Assembly (NCBI GenBank): GCA_018701215.1
Contig: JABIWH010000060.1
Span: 41,715-105,714, forward strand
Direction of reading: 5' to 3'
Length of the DNA: 64,000 bases
Source of the DNA: Rhodospirillaceae bacterium
GTDB lineage: Bacteria > Pseudomonadota > Alphaproteobacteria > GCA-2731375
A model generated the notes under the pieces. The model ran no database searches and was not told the DNA's origin. It saw nothing but the letters and a program-made list of their open reading frames with translations. The position numbers and the translations under genes were made by a program. Below, in pieces: positions 1 to 8,652 of the stretch (within the stretch, counting starts at the first letter, position 1; each line of letters opens with the position of its first letter).

Positions 1-2
1 GG

Positions 3-284
3 ATGAGCGTTTCCGATGTCAGCCAAAAGGCCATCGCCAATCTGGGGTGGACCGATATTGTCATGCCGGCCCCGGTTTTCAACGGCGATACCCTGTACGC
101 GGAATCGGAGGTTCTGGGCAAAAAAGAGTCCAAATCCCGCCCCACCCAAGGCATTGTCGATGTGACGACACGGGCCCATAAGGGCGATGGCACCCTGGTC
201 ATGAGCTTTAAACGCACGGTCCTGGTGCCGAAACGCGGGCACAGCGTGGACGACAAGATTCTGGCCGCCAAACAAACAGATTAG
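3..284 (+). CDS. MaoC-like (R)-specific enoyl-CoA hydratase / hotdog-fold dehydratase, C-terminal fragment (5' end outside window)
   Basis: ORF runs in from the window edge and its C-terminal ~90 aa look like a hotdog-fold MaoC dehydratase tail. It is directly followed by an ACAD and CoA-transferases. Family assignment rests on sequence pattern only. Confidence 0.5.
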   Translation: MSVSDVSQKAIANLGWTDIVMPAPVFNGDTLYAESEVLGKKESKSRPTQGIVDVTTRAHKGDGTLVMSFKRTVLVPKRGHSVDDKILAAKQTD

Positions 285-304
285 TAATTGGGGAGACCTA
301 TTCG

Positions 305-1486
305 ATGAGCGAGATCCTGACAAGCCGCGCGGGCGAAAGCATCACGCGCGAGGACGAACAGCAATTGCTGGATACGGTGCAAAAATGGCTGAACCGGGAT
401 GTCCGCGACAAGGTTCTGGAGCTGGAACATGCCGACGAATATCCCCACGAGATGGTCGAGCAGATGAAGGAACTTGGCCTGTTCGGGGCGACGATTGGCC
501 AGGAATACGGCGGTCTGGGCCTGCCCGCCGGCACCTATGCCAAAATCGTCACCGCCGTGACCGAGGTCTGGATGTCCCTCAGCGGTATTTTCAATTCGCA
601 CTTGATCATGTCGGCGGCGGTGGAACGCTTTGGCACGGAAGAGCAAAAACGCACCTTCCTGCCGCGTTTCGCGACCGGCGAGTTGCGCGGCGCCCTGGCC
701 CTGACCGAGCCCAATTGCGGCACCGATCTGCAGGCCATCCGGACCCGTGCCGTCCGCGACGGTGACGACTACGTCATCAACGGCACCAAAACCTGGATCT
801 CCAACGGCATCGAAGGCGGCTGCGTTGCTCTGTTGGTCAAGACCGACCCGGAGGCGGAACCCCGGCACAAGGGCACATCGCTGTTTATCGCCGAGAAAGG
901 CCCCGGCTTTAGCGTCGGGCGCAAGCTGGAAAAGCTCGGCTATAAGGGTATCGACTCGGCGGAGCTGATATTCGAGGACTACCGCATCCCCGCCGACCGG
1001 CTGATTGGCGGCGAGGAAGGCTCCGGCTTCCGCCATGCGGTCGGCGGCCTGGAGTTGGGGCGCATCAACGTCGCGGCCCGTGGCGTCGGGCTTGCCAATG
1101 CGGCGTTGCAGGCCGCAACTGCATACTCCCAGGTCCGTGAAACCATGGGCAAGCCGATCTGCCAGCACCAGGCGATCCAGTTGAAACTGGGCGATATGGC
1201 GACCCGCTGCGAAGCCTCGCGGCTGTTGGTGGAGGCGGCGGCGACCGCCTATGACAAGGGCCAGCGCTGCGATATGGAGGCGGGCATGGCCAAATTGTTC
1301 GCCTCTGAATCCGCGTTGGAGAACGCCACCGAGTGCATGCGCATTCATGGCGCCTATGGCTATTCCAAGGAATTCCACGTGGAGCGTTATTTCCGCGATG
1401 CGCCGCTGATGTGTATTGGCGAGGGCACCAACGAGATGCAGCGCATCATCATCGCGCGGCAACTGATTGAGAGGAACCCGGTGTGA
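305..1486 (+). CDS. acyl-CoA dehydrogenase
   Basis: 393 aa with the typical ACAD architecture and motifs (GGLG..., YGG, C-terminal GG..E.MQR). RBS-spaced ATG 20 nt after the previous stop. Confidence 0.9.
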   Translation: MSEILTSRAGESITREDEQQLLDTVQKWLNRDVRDKVLELEHADEYPHEMVEQMKELGLFGATIGQEYGGLGLPAGTYAKIVTAVTEVWMSLSGIFNSHLIMSAAVERFGTEEQKRTFLPRFATGELRGALALTEPNCGTDLQAIRTRAVRDGDDYVINGTKTWISNGIEGGCVALLVKTDPEAEPRHKGTSLFIAEKGPGFSVGRKLEKLGYKGIDSAELIFEDYRIPADRLIGGEEGSGFRHAVGGLELGRINVAARGVGLANAALQAATAYSQVRETMGKPICQHQAIQLKLGDMATRCEASRLLVEAAATAYDKGQRCDMEAGMAKLFASESALENATECMRIHGAYGYSKEFHVERYFRDAPLMCIGEGTNEMQRIIIARQLIERNPV

Positions 1487-2673
1487 GTTTGCCCCTGGCC
1501 GGCCTGCGTATCATCGCGGTCGAACATTACGGCGCCGGGCCCTATGGCACCGGTTTTCTGGCCGACCTTGGTGCCGACCTGATCAAGATCGAGAACCGCC
1601 AGATGGGCGGCGATATGTCTCGTGGCGTTGGCCCGCATTATCTGGGCGAGGGCGACAGCCTGTTCTTTCAGGCCCTCAACCGCAACAAACGCTCGCTCTG
1701 CCTGGATCTGAAACATCCGGAGGGCAAGGCGGTCCTGCATAAGCTGGCCGCGACTTCCCATGGCCTGATCAATAATCTGCGCGGTGATCAGCCGGCCAAG
1801 CTGGGCCTGCGTTATGAGGATCTTTCGGCCCACAATCCGGCCCTGGTTTGCGGCCATATTTCCGCCTATGGCAACCATGGGGAGCGGGCCGGCTGGCCCG
1901 GCTATGATTTCCTGATGCAGGCCGAGGCCGGCTTTATGTATCTGAGCGGGGAGCCGGAGGGACCGCCCGCGCGCATGGGTCTGTCCATTGTCGATTATAT
2001 GACTGGCCTTACCACCTCCCTGGCTCTGCTGGCCGGTATTACAGAGGCCAGGGCCGGCGGCCGAGGCCGGGATCTTGAGGTCTCGTTATATGATGTGGCC
2101 ATGCATCAATTGAGTTACCCCGGCGTCTGGTATCTGAACGCGGACGACGCCACCACGCGGGCGCCGCGCTCGGCCCATCCCTCCATCGTGCCATCACAAC
2201 TGTACCGCACCCATGATGGTTGGATCTTCATCATGGCCCAGACCCAGAAATTCTGGGAGGCCCTGTGCGACAAGGTAGATAAGGCGGAATGGAAAGCCGA
2301 TCCACGGTTTCCCGATTACGCGGGCCGTCATGAACACCGCGACGAACTGACCCTGATGATTGATGCGCAATTGATCAGGCAGCCAACGGCGCATTGGATC
2401 GAACATTTCGCCGGCGCGGTACCTTGTGGGCCGGTCAACGACATCGCCCAGGCCCTGGACAATCCTTACTTCACCCAGCGTGGCGGCGTGCAAACCGTGC
2501 CCCATCCGGACCTGCCCGGCGGCCTGAAACTATTGAACAACCCCATTCGCCTGGGCGAACCCATCCCGGCCCGCGCCGCACCAAAGCTGGGCGCCGACAG
2601 CGAAGACATCCTGGCGGAATTGGGTTATTCATCTGAAGAAATCGCCAAGCTGCGTTCCAGCAACGCCATCTAG
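1483..2673 (+). CDS. CoA-transferase family III (CaiB/BaiF-like)
   Basis: 396 aa. N-terminus L.GLRIIAVEH.GAGPYGT..LADLGADLIKIE is the family-III CoA-transferase signature. GTG start overlaps the ACAD stop (GTGTGA), preceded by GAGAGGA. Confidence 0.85.
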   Translation: MSLPLAGLRIIAVEHYGAGPYGTGFLADLGADLIKIENRQMGGDMSRGVGPHYLGEGDSLFFQALNRNKRSLCLDLKHPEGKAVLHKLAATSHGLINNLRGDQPAKLGLRYEDLSAHNPALVCGHISAYGNHGERAGWPGYDFLMQAEAGFMYLSGEPEGPPARMGLSIVDYMTGLTTSLALLAGITEARAGGRGRDLEVSLYDVAMHQLSYPGVWYLNADDATTRAPRSAHPSIVPSQLYRTHDGWIFIMAQTQKFWEALCDKVDKAEWKADPRFPDYAGRHEHRDELTLMIDAQLIRQPTAHWIEHFAGAVPCGPVNDIAQALDNPYFTQRGGVQTVPHPDLPGGLKLLNNPIRLGEPIPARAAPKLGADSEDILAELGYSSEEIAKLRSSNAI

Positions 2674-2685
2674 AAAGCATATGAC

Positions 2686-3846
2686 ATGAAACTCGAAGGT
2701 ATCCGCGTTCTCGATCTATCCCTGTTCCTGCCGGGGCCGCTATTGACCCAGATGATGGCCGACCACGGCGCCGAGGTGATCAAGCTGGAACCCATTAATG
2801 GTGGTGAGCCGAACCGTGTGATCGGTGCCGAACGTGACGGCACCACGGTGTTTTTCGCCAACACGCATCGTAACAAACAAAGCGTGCAGCTGAACCTGAA
2901 GACGCCCGAGGGCGTGGAGGCCGCCCTGCGCCTGGCCGCCAGTTGCGATGTCATGATCGAGGCGTTTCGCCCCGGCGTGGTGGACCGCCTGGGCGTTGGC
3001 TATGACGCGGTCGCCGAACAGCATCCGGGCATCGTCTATGCTTCGCTTTCCGCCTTTGGCCAGGATGGGCCCTATGCCAAGATACCGGCCCATGACATGG
3101 CCACGCAGGCCTATGCCGGCATCCTCAGCGTTAATCTTGGCGCCGACGGGCAGCCGGGCATTCCGGGCATCGCCAATGCGGACATGCTGACCTCCATGAT
3201 GGGGCTGTCGGCAGTGCTGATGGCGCTGTACCGGCGCCGGGATACGGGCCGGGGCGACTATATCGATATGGCCATGATGGACAGCGTGATCGCTGCCATG
3301 CCGAACAATATGGGGCCGGTTTTCGCCGAGAAACGCCCGCCCAACCCCAAGGATGAACGTTCCTGGGGCGGCAATGCCATGTACGCCATCTACAAGACCA
3401 AGGATGACAAGCATATCGTCCTGGGCGGGGCGGAGATGCATTTTGCCGCCGCCATCCTGAACAAGATGGGCCGCCCTGACCTGATCGACGTCTGCCTGCC
3501 GCCGCCCGGCCGGAACCAGGACCCGGCCAAAGAATTCCTGACCGAGACCTTCCTCTCCGAAACCCAGGCTTATTGGGTGGACTGGTTCGAGGGCGTGGAT
3601 GCGGCCTTTGCTCCGGTCAACAACCTGCGCCAGGGCGCCGATGATCCCCAGGCCCGGCACCGGGAAATGATCATCGAGGATGACCGCGGCTGGGAACACA
3701 TCGGCATCCCCATGAAATTCCGCGACGAACCGGGCCAGGTGGTCTTCGATCTACCCGATCTGGGCCAGCACACGGAAACCAACCTGCGCAATGTGGGCTA
3801 CAGCGAGGCCGAAGTCGCCGCGATGAAGGACAAGGGCGTGTTTTAA
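2686..3846 (+). CDS. CoA-transferase family III (second, paralogous subunit)
   Basis: 386 aa, begins MKLEGIRVLDLS..PGP......ADHGAEVIKLEP, another CaiB/BaiF-type signature. Adjacent same-strand pair suggests a heteromeric or dual-specificity transferase. Confidence 0.85.
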   Translation: MKLEGIRVLDLSLFLPGPLLTQMMADHGAEVIKLEPINGGEPNRVIGAERDGTTVFFANTHRNKQSVQLNLKTPEGVEAALRLAASCDVMIEAFRPGVVDRLGVGYDAVAEQHPGIVYASLSAFGQDGPYAKIPAHDMATQAYAGILSVNLGADGQPGIPGIANADMLTSMMGLSAVLMALYRRRDTGRGDYIDMAMMDSVIAAMPNNMGPVFAEKRPPNPKDERSWGGNAMYAIYKTKDDKHIVLGGAEMHFAAAILNKMGRPDLIDVCLPPPGRNQDPAKEFLTETFLSETQAYWVDWFEGVDAAFAPVNNLRQGADDPQARHREMIIEDDRGWEHIGIPMKFRDEPGQVVFDLPDLGQHTETNLRNVGYSEAEVAAMKDKGVF

Positions 3847-3850
3847 GGCG

Positions 3851-4330
3851 TCAAAACAGCCGGCGGTCCCACCACACGGGTTGATGCAGTCCGTGCTCAA
3901 TGCGGCGAAAATCCGGATGTTCCGGATTGATCAAAATGTTCTGTTCCATACGGGCGACAACGCTGGGTACGATCAACACGGCTGAGCGCTTTTCCGTTTG
4001 CCATTGTGCACCGTACGGGCGAGAGGCGGCAAAGGTCGTATCCTCCCAGCCCGGCAAAACGTCCGGCGTCACCATTTCGTACGAAATACCATTGGGAATT
4101 GTGATTTCGATATAGTGTTGATTAGGCGGCAACTGGCCGCTGCCATGCACTAGTTTCTCCAGCATCGCCGTCGAATAGTTAGCGGAGGCATAGATCATCG
4201 GCTCGGTCGTGCCGTTCCAACGTCCCGGCGCGATGGTCGATCCCGTAGCGTCAAATATGGGGTACTGGCCGTCTGGATCGCCTATTCGATAGCATGTGAG
4301 AACTCGGTCCAGAACCTGCCCGGTCATCAA
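3851..4330 (-). CDS. RES-domain toxin (MbcT/ParT-like NAD+-targeting toxin of a RES-Xre TA pair)
   Basis: 159 aa with conserved R (GRWN), E (AMLEKLVH) and S (LIVPSVV) of the RES domain. Start overlaps the upstream antitoxin stop by 4 bp. Local GC is visibly lower than the flanks. Confidence 0.8.
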   Translation of the reverse strand: MMTGQVLDRVLTCYRIGDPDGQYPIFDATGSTIAPGRWNGTTEPMIYASANYSTAMLEKLVHGSGQLPPNQHYIEITIPNGISYEMVTPDVLPGWEDTTFAASRPYGAQWQTEKRSAVLIVPSVVARMEQNILINPEHPDFRRIEHGLHQPVWWDRRLF

Positions 4331-4752
4331 GCCGCCGTGCCATGTTTCAAACGGCCAAGGATTTCTTCAACCATGCGGGCGCCGACTTCGGTTTTCAACG
4401 CCGCCTCGATCGGGGTGCGTCCCTCCAGCAAGGCATGGGGGCGGTTTAGAAAGGCGCGTGCATCCACTTCGGTTTGCCAGACATCAAGGGCGCAACTCCA
4501 AACCTGGGCGATACGGGACAGCCGGTCGCTTTCTTCGGGCGACAATCGTTTCGCCTTTTGCCGCCGCGCCAAGGTGGCCTTGGCGATCAGACGGTATTTG
4601 AAGTCACTGTCGCCCGGTGCGATTTGGCGCGTCACCCGCTCCAGACTTTGGATAGGCAAGCCGCGCTCAATGGCCGCGACATAGCCCATGGCCGAGGTTG
4701 GCTTGCCAATGCCAAGAACGCTGGCGATGCTTTGTTCCTTCAGGGCTAACAT
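4327..4752 (-). CDS. Xre-like antitoxin with C-terminal DUF2384 toxin-binding domain (MbcA/ParS-like)
   Basis: 141 aa. C-terminal half (WSCALDVW..ARAFLNRPHALLEGRTPIEAALKTEVGARMVEEILGRL) matches the DUF2384 antitoxin pattern. Placed upstream of, and translationally coupled to, the RES toxin. Confidence 0.75.
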   Translation of the reverse strand: MLALKEQSIASVLGIGKPTSAMGYVAAIERGLPIQSLERVTRQIAPGDSDFKYRLIAKATLARRQKAKRLSPEESDRLSRIAQVWSCALDVWQTEVDARAFLNRPHALLEGRTPIEAALKTEVGARMVEEILGRLKHGTAA

Positions 4753-5009
4753 GGGCGATTCTCCAAAGCCTTATTTGAGACTATATATAGCATCAAATGA
4801 GTATATGCGCAATAGCATCGTTGGCTAACAGCCTTAGAAAACAGGGTCCGGATTTGTCAACTGATCGCTGGAGCTCCGAACAAATTCCAAAGGTCTTTAG
4901 CGGTAAACCAGGCCACGATGATGACGGCAAACAAAACGAGTGCAGCAATCATTTTTCCAAATATGGCGGAGTTTTCTGCGCAAACTATCGATCAATCCGA
5001 ATGATGCAA

Positions 5010-5813
5010 TCAGCTCCCCGCACCAACACCCAACATCAAGGCGCGGTTGCTTTGGATCATCGCGCGGATGTCGTCCACATAGGCGGCGCCGCGTTGGGAA
5101 TAGCGGTCCAGGCCGGATGCCAACTGCATCGCATCTGGCGTCTTGCCTTGCTGGCGGGCCTGCCAGCGCAGGCGGCGCAGCTCCCGGTACGCCGGGCCGG
5201 TGTTGAGGTTGCGTAAATAGGCGCGGACCGAGGCATTCACCGATTTATAGCGGGCTACCTCGTGGCCTGCCCCGGTATTCCGCTGTTTGGGCACCATGCC
5301 GCAGCCCGGCTTGAAACACCACTGACCGAACATGTTGTTGCCCTCTCGGGCAAAGCGCGATCGGCCCCAATTGGTTTCATTGGCGCTTTGCGCCAAGACC
5401 AGCGGCAGCGGCGCGGTATCGACCCGCTGTAACAGCGCCCGCCATTCCGCCCCGGTCCAGGCGATGCGATATTTGTCCGCCACCGCGGCGACCCAGACCG
5501 GCTTGCCGCCAACCTTGCGGGCGGCGATCAGGCGTCGGCGCAGATCCTGGATACGGTGGTTCTCGGCCTCGATAATGGGGCGCATGAAGGCAAAAAAGGC
5601 GGTTTTTCGGCCCGGGACATTGATGCCGTCATCGATCTGCAAATCCCGCGCCTGGAAGGAACGAATTTCTTCCTTGCTGTAATGCAGATAAATCTGTTGC
5701 CCGGTCAGATAAATGACCGCCAGCTCCGCCAGCAACGCGGCTGCGAAGTAAAGATCTCGCAGGGTGATGCCGCGGCTTTGACTTTTTGGGCGCCGGGTAG
5801 GATCACAGCTCAT
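5010..5813 (-). CDS. membrane-anchored glucosaminidase-domain protein (Bax/FlgJ C-terminal-like peptidoglycan hydrolase)
   Basis: Contains LAQSANETNWGRSRFAREGNNMFGQW, the glucosaminidase (mannosyl-glycoprotein endo-beta-N-acetylglucosaminidase) signature, with one N-terminal TM helix. I placed the start at the internal ATG (MSCDPTRR...), which has an AGAGG RBS. The longer ORF to 5873 lacks an RBS. Confidence 0.6.
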   Translation of the reverse strand: MSCDPTRRPKSQSRGITLRDLYFAAALLAELAVIYLTGQQIYLHYSKEEIRSFQARDLQIDDGINVPGRKTAFFAFMRPIIEAENHRIQDLRRRLIAARKVGGKPVWVAAVADKYRIAWTGAEWRALLQRVDTAPLPLVLAQSANETNWGRSRFAREGNNMFGQWCFKPGCGMVPKQRNTGAGHEVARYKSVNASVRAYLRNLNTGPAYRELRRLRWQARQQGKTPDAMQLASGLDRYSQRGAAYVDDIRAMIQSNRALMLGVGAGS

Positions 5814-5954
5814 GCGCGGGACCTCTGGGTTACGAACTGAGCCGTTTGTATCATTGCATGGCGGCGGCGCCAAGATTACCCATAGAGCGCTTTCAATGCC
5901 ATTCTCCCTCCAGCATAATGCAGCCCAGATTGTTGGAATTGGGAGTTGGTTTGA

Positions 5955-7451
5955 ATGTCAGATTACGATGTCATCGTTGTAGGTGCGGGCAATGCGGCCC
6001 AGGCCGCCGCCAATTCGGCCCGGGAACAAGGCGCCGAGCGGGTTTTGCTGTTGGAAAAGGCGCCCGAGGCGGACCGGGGCGGCAATACTCATTTCAGCGG
6101 CGGCATGATGCGCATCGCCTATGGCGAGGCCGAGGCCTTGCGCGCCCTGGTGCCCGATGTCGAGGATGAACTGCCTGGTTTCTTCGAAGACGTGCCGACC
6201 TATACCGAAGATGAAATGATGGCCGATCTGATGCGGGTGACCGCCGGCAAGACCGACCAGACATTGGCGAAAATCCTGATCTCCAAATCCTATGAGACGA
6301 TTTGCTGGCTGCATGAGTACGGCGGCATCGCAATGGAACCGGCGATCAGCCTGACCGGCATCCGGGTCGGCAACCGGGTGAAATGGCAAAAGGGCGGCAT
6401 CATCCGCGCCTTGCACGAGGGCGTCGGCCTGTCCAATTCCTGGTTCGCCAAATCCGAGGCCAACAACATCACCATCCGCTATGGCGTTGGCGCAACGGCT
6501 TTGTTGCAGGATGAGGACGGCACCGTGGTGGGGGTCGAGGTCAACACCGGCGAAACCTTGGAGGAGATTACGGCTCCGGCGGTGGTGCTGGGTTGCGGCG
6601 GCTTCGAGGCCAATGCGCAGATGCGGGCGCAATACCTCGGCGCACCCTGGGATCACGCCAAGGTGCGCGGCACGGCCCATAACCAGGGCGATGGCCTGCG
6701 CATGGCTTTGGAAATCGGCGCCCTGCCTTGGGGGCAATGGAGCGGCCGTCATTCGACGCCGATCTCCAATGAATGGCCGGACTTCGCCGACCGCGAGCGG
6801 ACAGACCGCAGCAACCGGCTGTCGTTTCCCTATTCCGTGATGCTCAACCGCAAGGGCCTGCGTTTCCTCGATGAAGGCGAGGACATGGGCATGTACACCT
6901 ATGCCAAATACGGCGGGCAGATCCTGAACGAACCCGGCGCCCTGGCCTGGCAGATTTTCGACCAGCAGACCGTGCATTTGCTGGAGCCGCGTTACAACAC
7001 CTCCGACCCCATCAGCGCCGATACCCTGGCCGAACTGGTGGAGCAGCTGGACGTGGATGACAAGCCCCAGGCCCTGCGCACGTTGGAGGCCTATAACGCC
7101 GCGGCGCCCAGCCGGGGCGCCAACGACGGTTTCGACCCGACGCAGAAAGACGGTCTGTCGACCTCTGGCCTAAGCCCCGAAAAAACCAACTGGGCCACGC
7201 GCCTGGATCAACCGCCCTTCCTGGCCTACTCCGCCACGGGCGGCGTCACCTTCACCTTTGGCGCCCTGAAGATCGACGAAGACGCCCGGGTGATCGGCAC
7301 GGATTGGCGCCCCATCAGGGGTCTATTCGCCTGTGGTGAGATGGTCGGCGGGCTATTCCATTTTAACTATCCCGGCGGCACCGGCCTGGTTTCGGGCGCG
7401 GTGTTCGGCAAGATCGCGGGCGCCAGCGCAGCCCGGAAAGCCACGGAATGA
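5955..7451 (+). CDS. FAD-dependent dehydrogenase, TcuA (tricarballylate dehydrogenase)-like / fumarate-reductase-flavoprotein family
   Basis: 498 aa. N-terminal Rossmann motif DVIVVGAGNAA...E.GA.VLLLEK....GGNT.FSGG, and overall length and layout like TcuA-type flavoproteins. Confidence 0.7.
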   Translation: MSDYDVIVVGAGNAAQAAANSAREQGAERVLLLEKAPEADRGGNTHFSGGMMRIAYGEAEALRALVPDVEDELPGFFEDVPTYTEDEMMADLMRVTAGKTDQTLAKILISKSYETICWLHEYGGIAMEPAISLTGIRVGNRVKWQKGGIIRALHEGVGLSNSWFAKSEANNITIRYGVGATALLQDEDGTVVGVEVNTGETLEEITAPAVVLGCGGFEANAQMRAQYLGAPWDHAKVRGTAHNQGDGLRMALEIGALPWGQWSGRHSTPISNEWPDFADRERTDRSNRLSFPYSVMLNRKGLRFLDEGEDMGMYTYAKYGGQILNEPGALAWQIFDQQTVHLLEPRYNTSDPISADTLAELVEQLDVDDKPQALRTLEAYNAAAPSRGANDGFDPTQKDGLSTSGLSPEKTNWATRLDQPPFLAYSATGGVTFTFGALKIDEDARVIGTDWRPIRGLFACGEMVGGLFHFNYPGGTGLVSGAVFGKIAGASAARKATE

Positions 7452-7475
7452 TGCAACAGCCATGAGCCGGCAGCC

Positions 7476-8621
7476 ATGAGCCAAAAACGCGTACCGGCGG
7501 CCTTCATTCGTGGCGGCACCTCGAAAGGGGTGTTCTTTCATGGCCGGGATTTGCCGGACGACCTGGGCCAGCGCAACACCATCTTCCTGGCCGCCATTGG
7601 CAGCCCCGACCCCTACGGCCGGCAGCTTGACGGCATGGGCGGGGGGCTTTCATCCCTGTCCAAGGTCGTGGTGATCGAACCCTCGGCGCGGCCGGGCATT
7701 GATGTGGATTATACCTTTGGCCAGGTCGTGGTCGATGCGGCGGAGGTGGACTATGGCGCCACCTGTGGCAACCTATCTTCCGCCGTCGGTCCTTTCGCGG
7801 TGGACGAAGGCCTGGTTAGCGCCGGCGATGGCGAGGCCGTGGTCCGGGTCTACAACACCAATACGGACAAAGTGTTCGAGAGCCGCTTTTTGATCCGCGA
7901 CGGCGTGGCCGAGACACAAGGCGATTTCGTTATTCCCGGCGTCGCCGGCAGCGCGGCCCGCATCCGTCTGGATTTTCTTGACCCGGGCGGGGCCGGCACC
8001 GGCTCGCTGCTACCCAGTGGCCAGATCAACGATGTCATCGAATTGGCCGATGGCGGCAAGATTGAAATCTGCTGTATCGATGCCACCACGCCCTGCGTCT
8101 TTGTCGCCGCGTCCGGCCTGGGCCTGACCGCCACGGAATTGCCGGTTGATCTGGAGGCCAAGGCGGATGTCCTGGCCAAGCTGGAAGAAATCCGCGCCTT
8201 GGCCGGTGTGCGCATGGGCCTGGGCGGCAGCGCGGCGGAAATCTCCACCAATTCCCGCGCCTCTCCAAAGATCGCCATGGTCGGCCCGCCCGCCGATGCC
8301 GCGCTGCTGGACGGCAGCACAATGGCGGCGGATCAAGTGGATCTTTCCGTGCGCATGATCTCCATGGGCCAGCCGCACCGGGCCGTACCCCTGACCGGGG
8401 GCATGTGCCTGGCCGTGGCCGCCAATCTGGCCGGCAGCCTGGTACACAGCCTGGCGCGGCCCGGCATTAGCGGCGATGTCCGTCTGGGCACCGCTTCGGG
8501 GGCCATTCCCATTGGTGCCAAGGTTGAAAGCGCGGGCGCCAACAGCACCGTTGACTACATCACCACCTACCGCACTGCCCGCCGCCTGATGGAGGGTAAT
8601 GTGTTGGTGCCGCGGGACTAA
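7476..8621 (+). CDS. PrpF/AcnD-accessory family isomerase (2-methylaconitate isomerase / methylitaconate isomerase / oxalomesaconate tautomerase family)
   Basis: 381 aa. N-terminal P.AFIRGGTSKG.FF motif is characteristic of the PrpF family. Lies 25 nt downstream of the TcuA-like gene on the same strand. Confidence 0.75.
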   Translation: MSQKRVPAAFIRGGTSKGVFFHGRDLPDDLGQRNTIFLAAIGSPDPYGRQLDGMGGGLSSLSKVVVIEPSARPGIDVDYTFGQVVVDAAEVDYGATCGNLSSAVGPFAVDEGLVSAGDGEAVVRVYNTNTDKVFESRFLIRDGVAETQGDFVIPGVAGSAARIRLDFLDPGGAGTGSLLPSGQINDVIELADGGKIEICCIDATTPCVFVAASGLGLTATELPVDLEAKADVLAKLEEIRALAGVRMGLGGSAAEISTNSRASPKIAMVGPPADAALLDGSTMAADQVDLSVRMISMGQPHRAVPLTGGMCLAVAANLAGSLVHSLARPGISGDVRLGTASGAIPIGAKVESAGANSTVDYITTYRTARRLMEGNVLVPRD

Positions 8622-8652
8622 AACCGCAGCGCAAGTTTCAATTGAATGCGCT

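Noticed and set aside
281-1462. 393-aa minus-strand ORF fully overlapping the ACAD gene
   Set aside because: Antisense shadow ORF typical of high-GC DNA. Arg/Ala/Gly-rich, with no family resemblance. The plus-strand ACAD is clearly the real gene.
2740-3699. 319-aa minus-strand ORF inside the second CoA-transferase gene
   Set aside because: Antisense shadow with low-complexity composition. The plus-strand gene has clear family motifs.
5958-6977. 339-aa minus-strand ORF opposite the TcuA-like gene
   Set aside because: Antisense shadow ORF.
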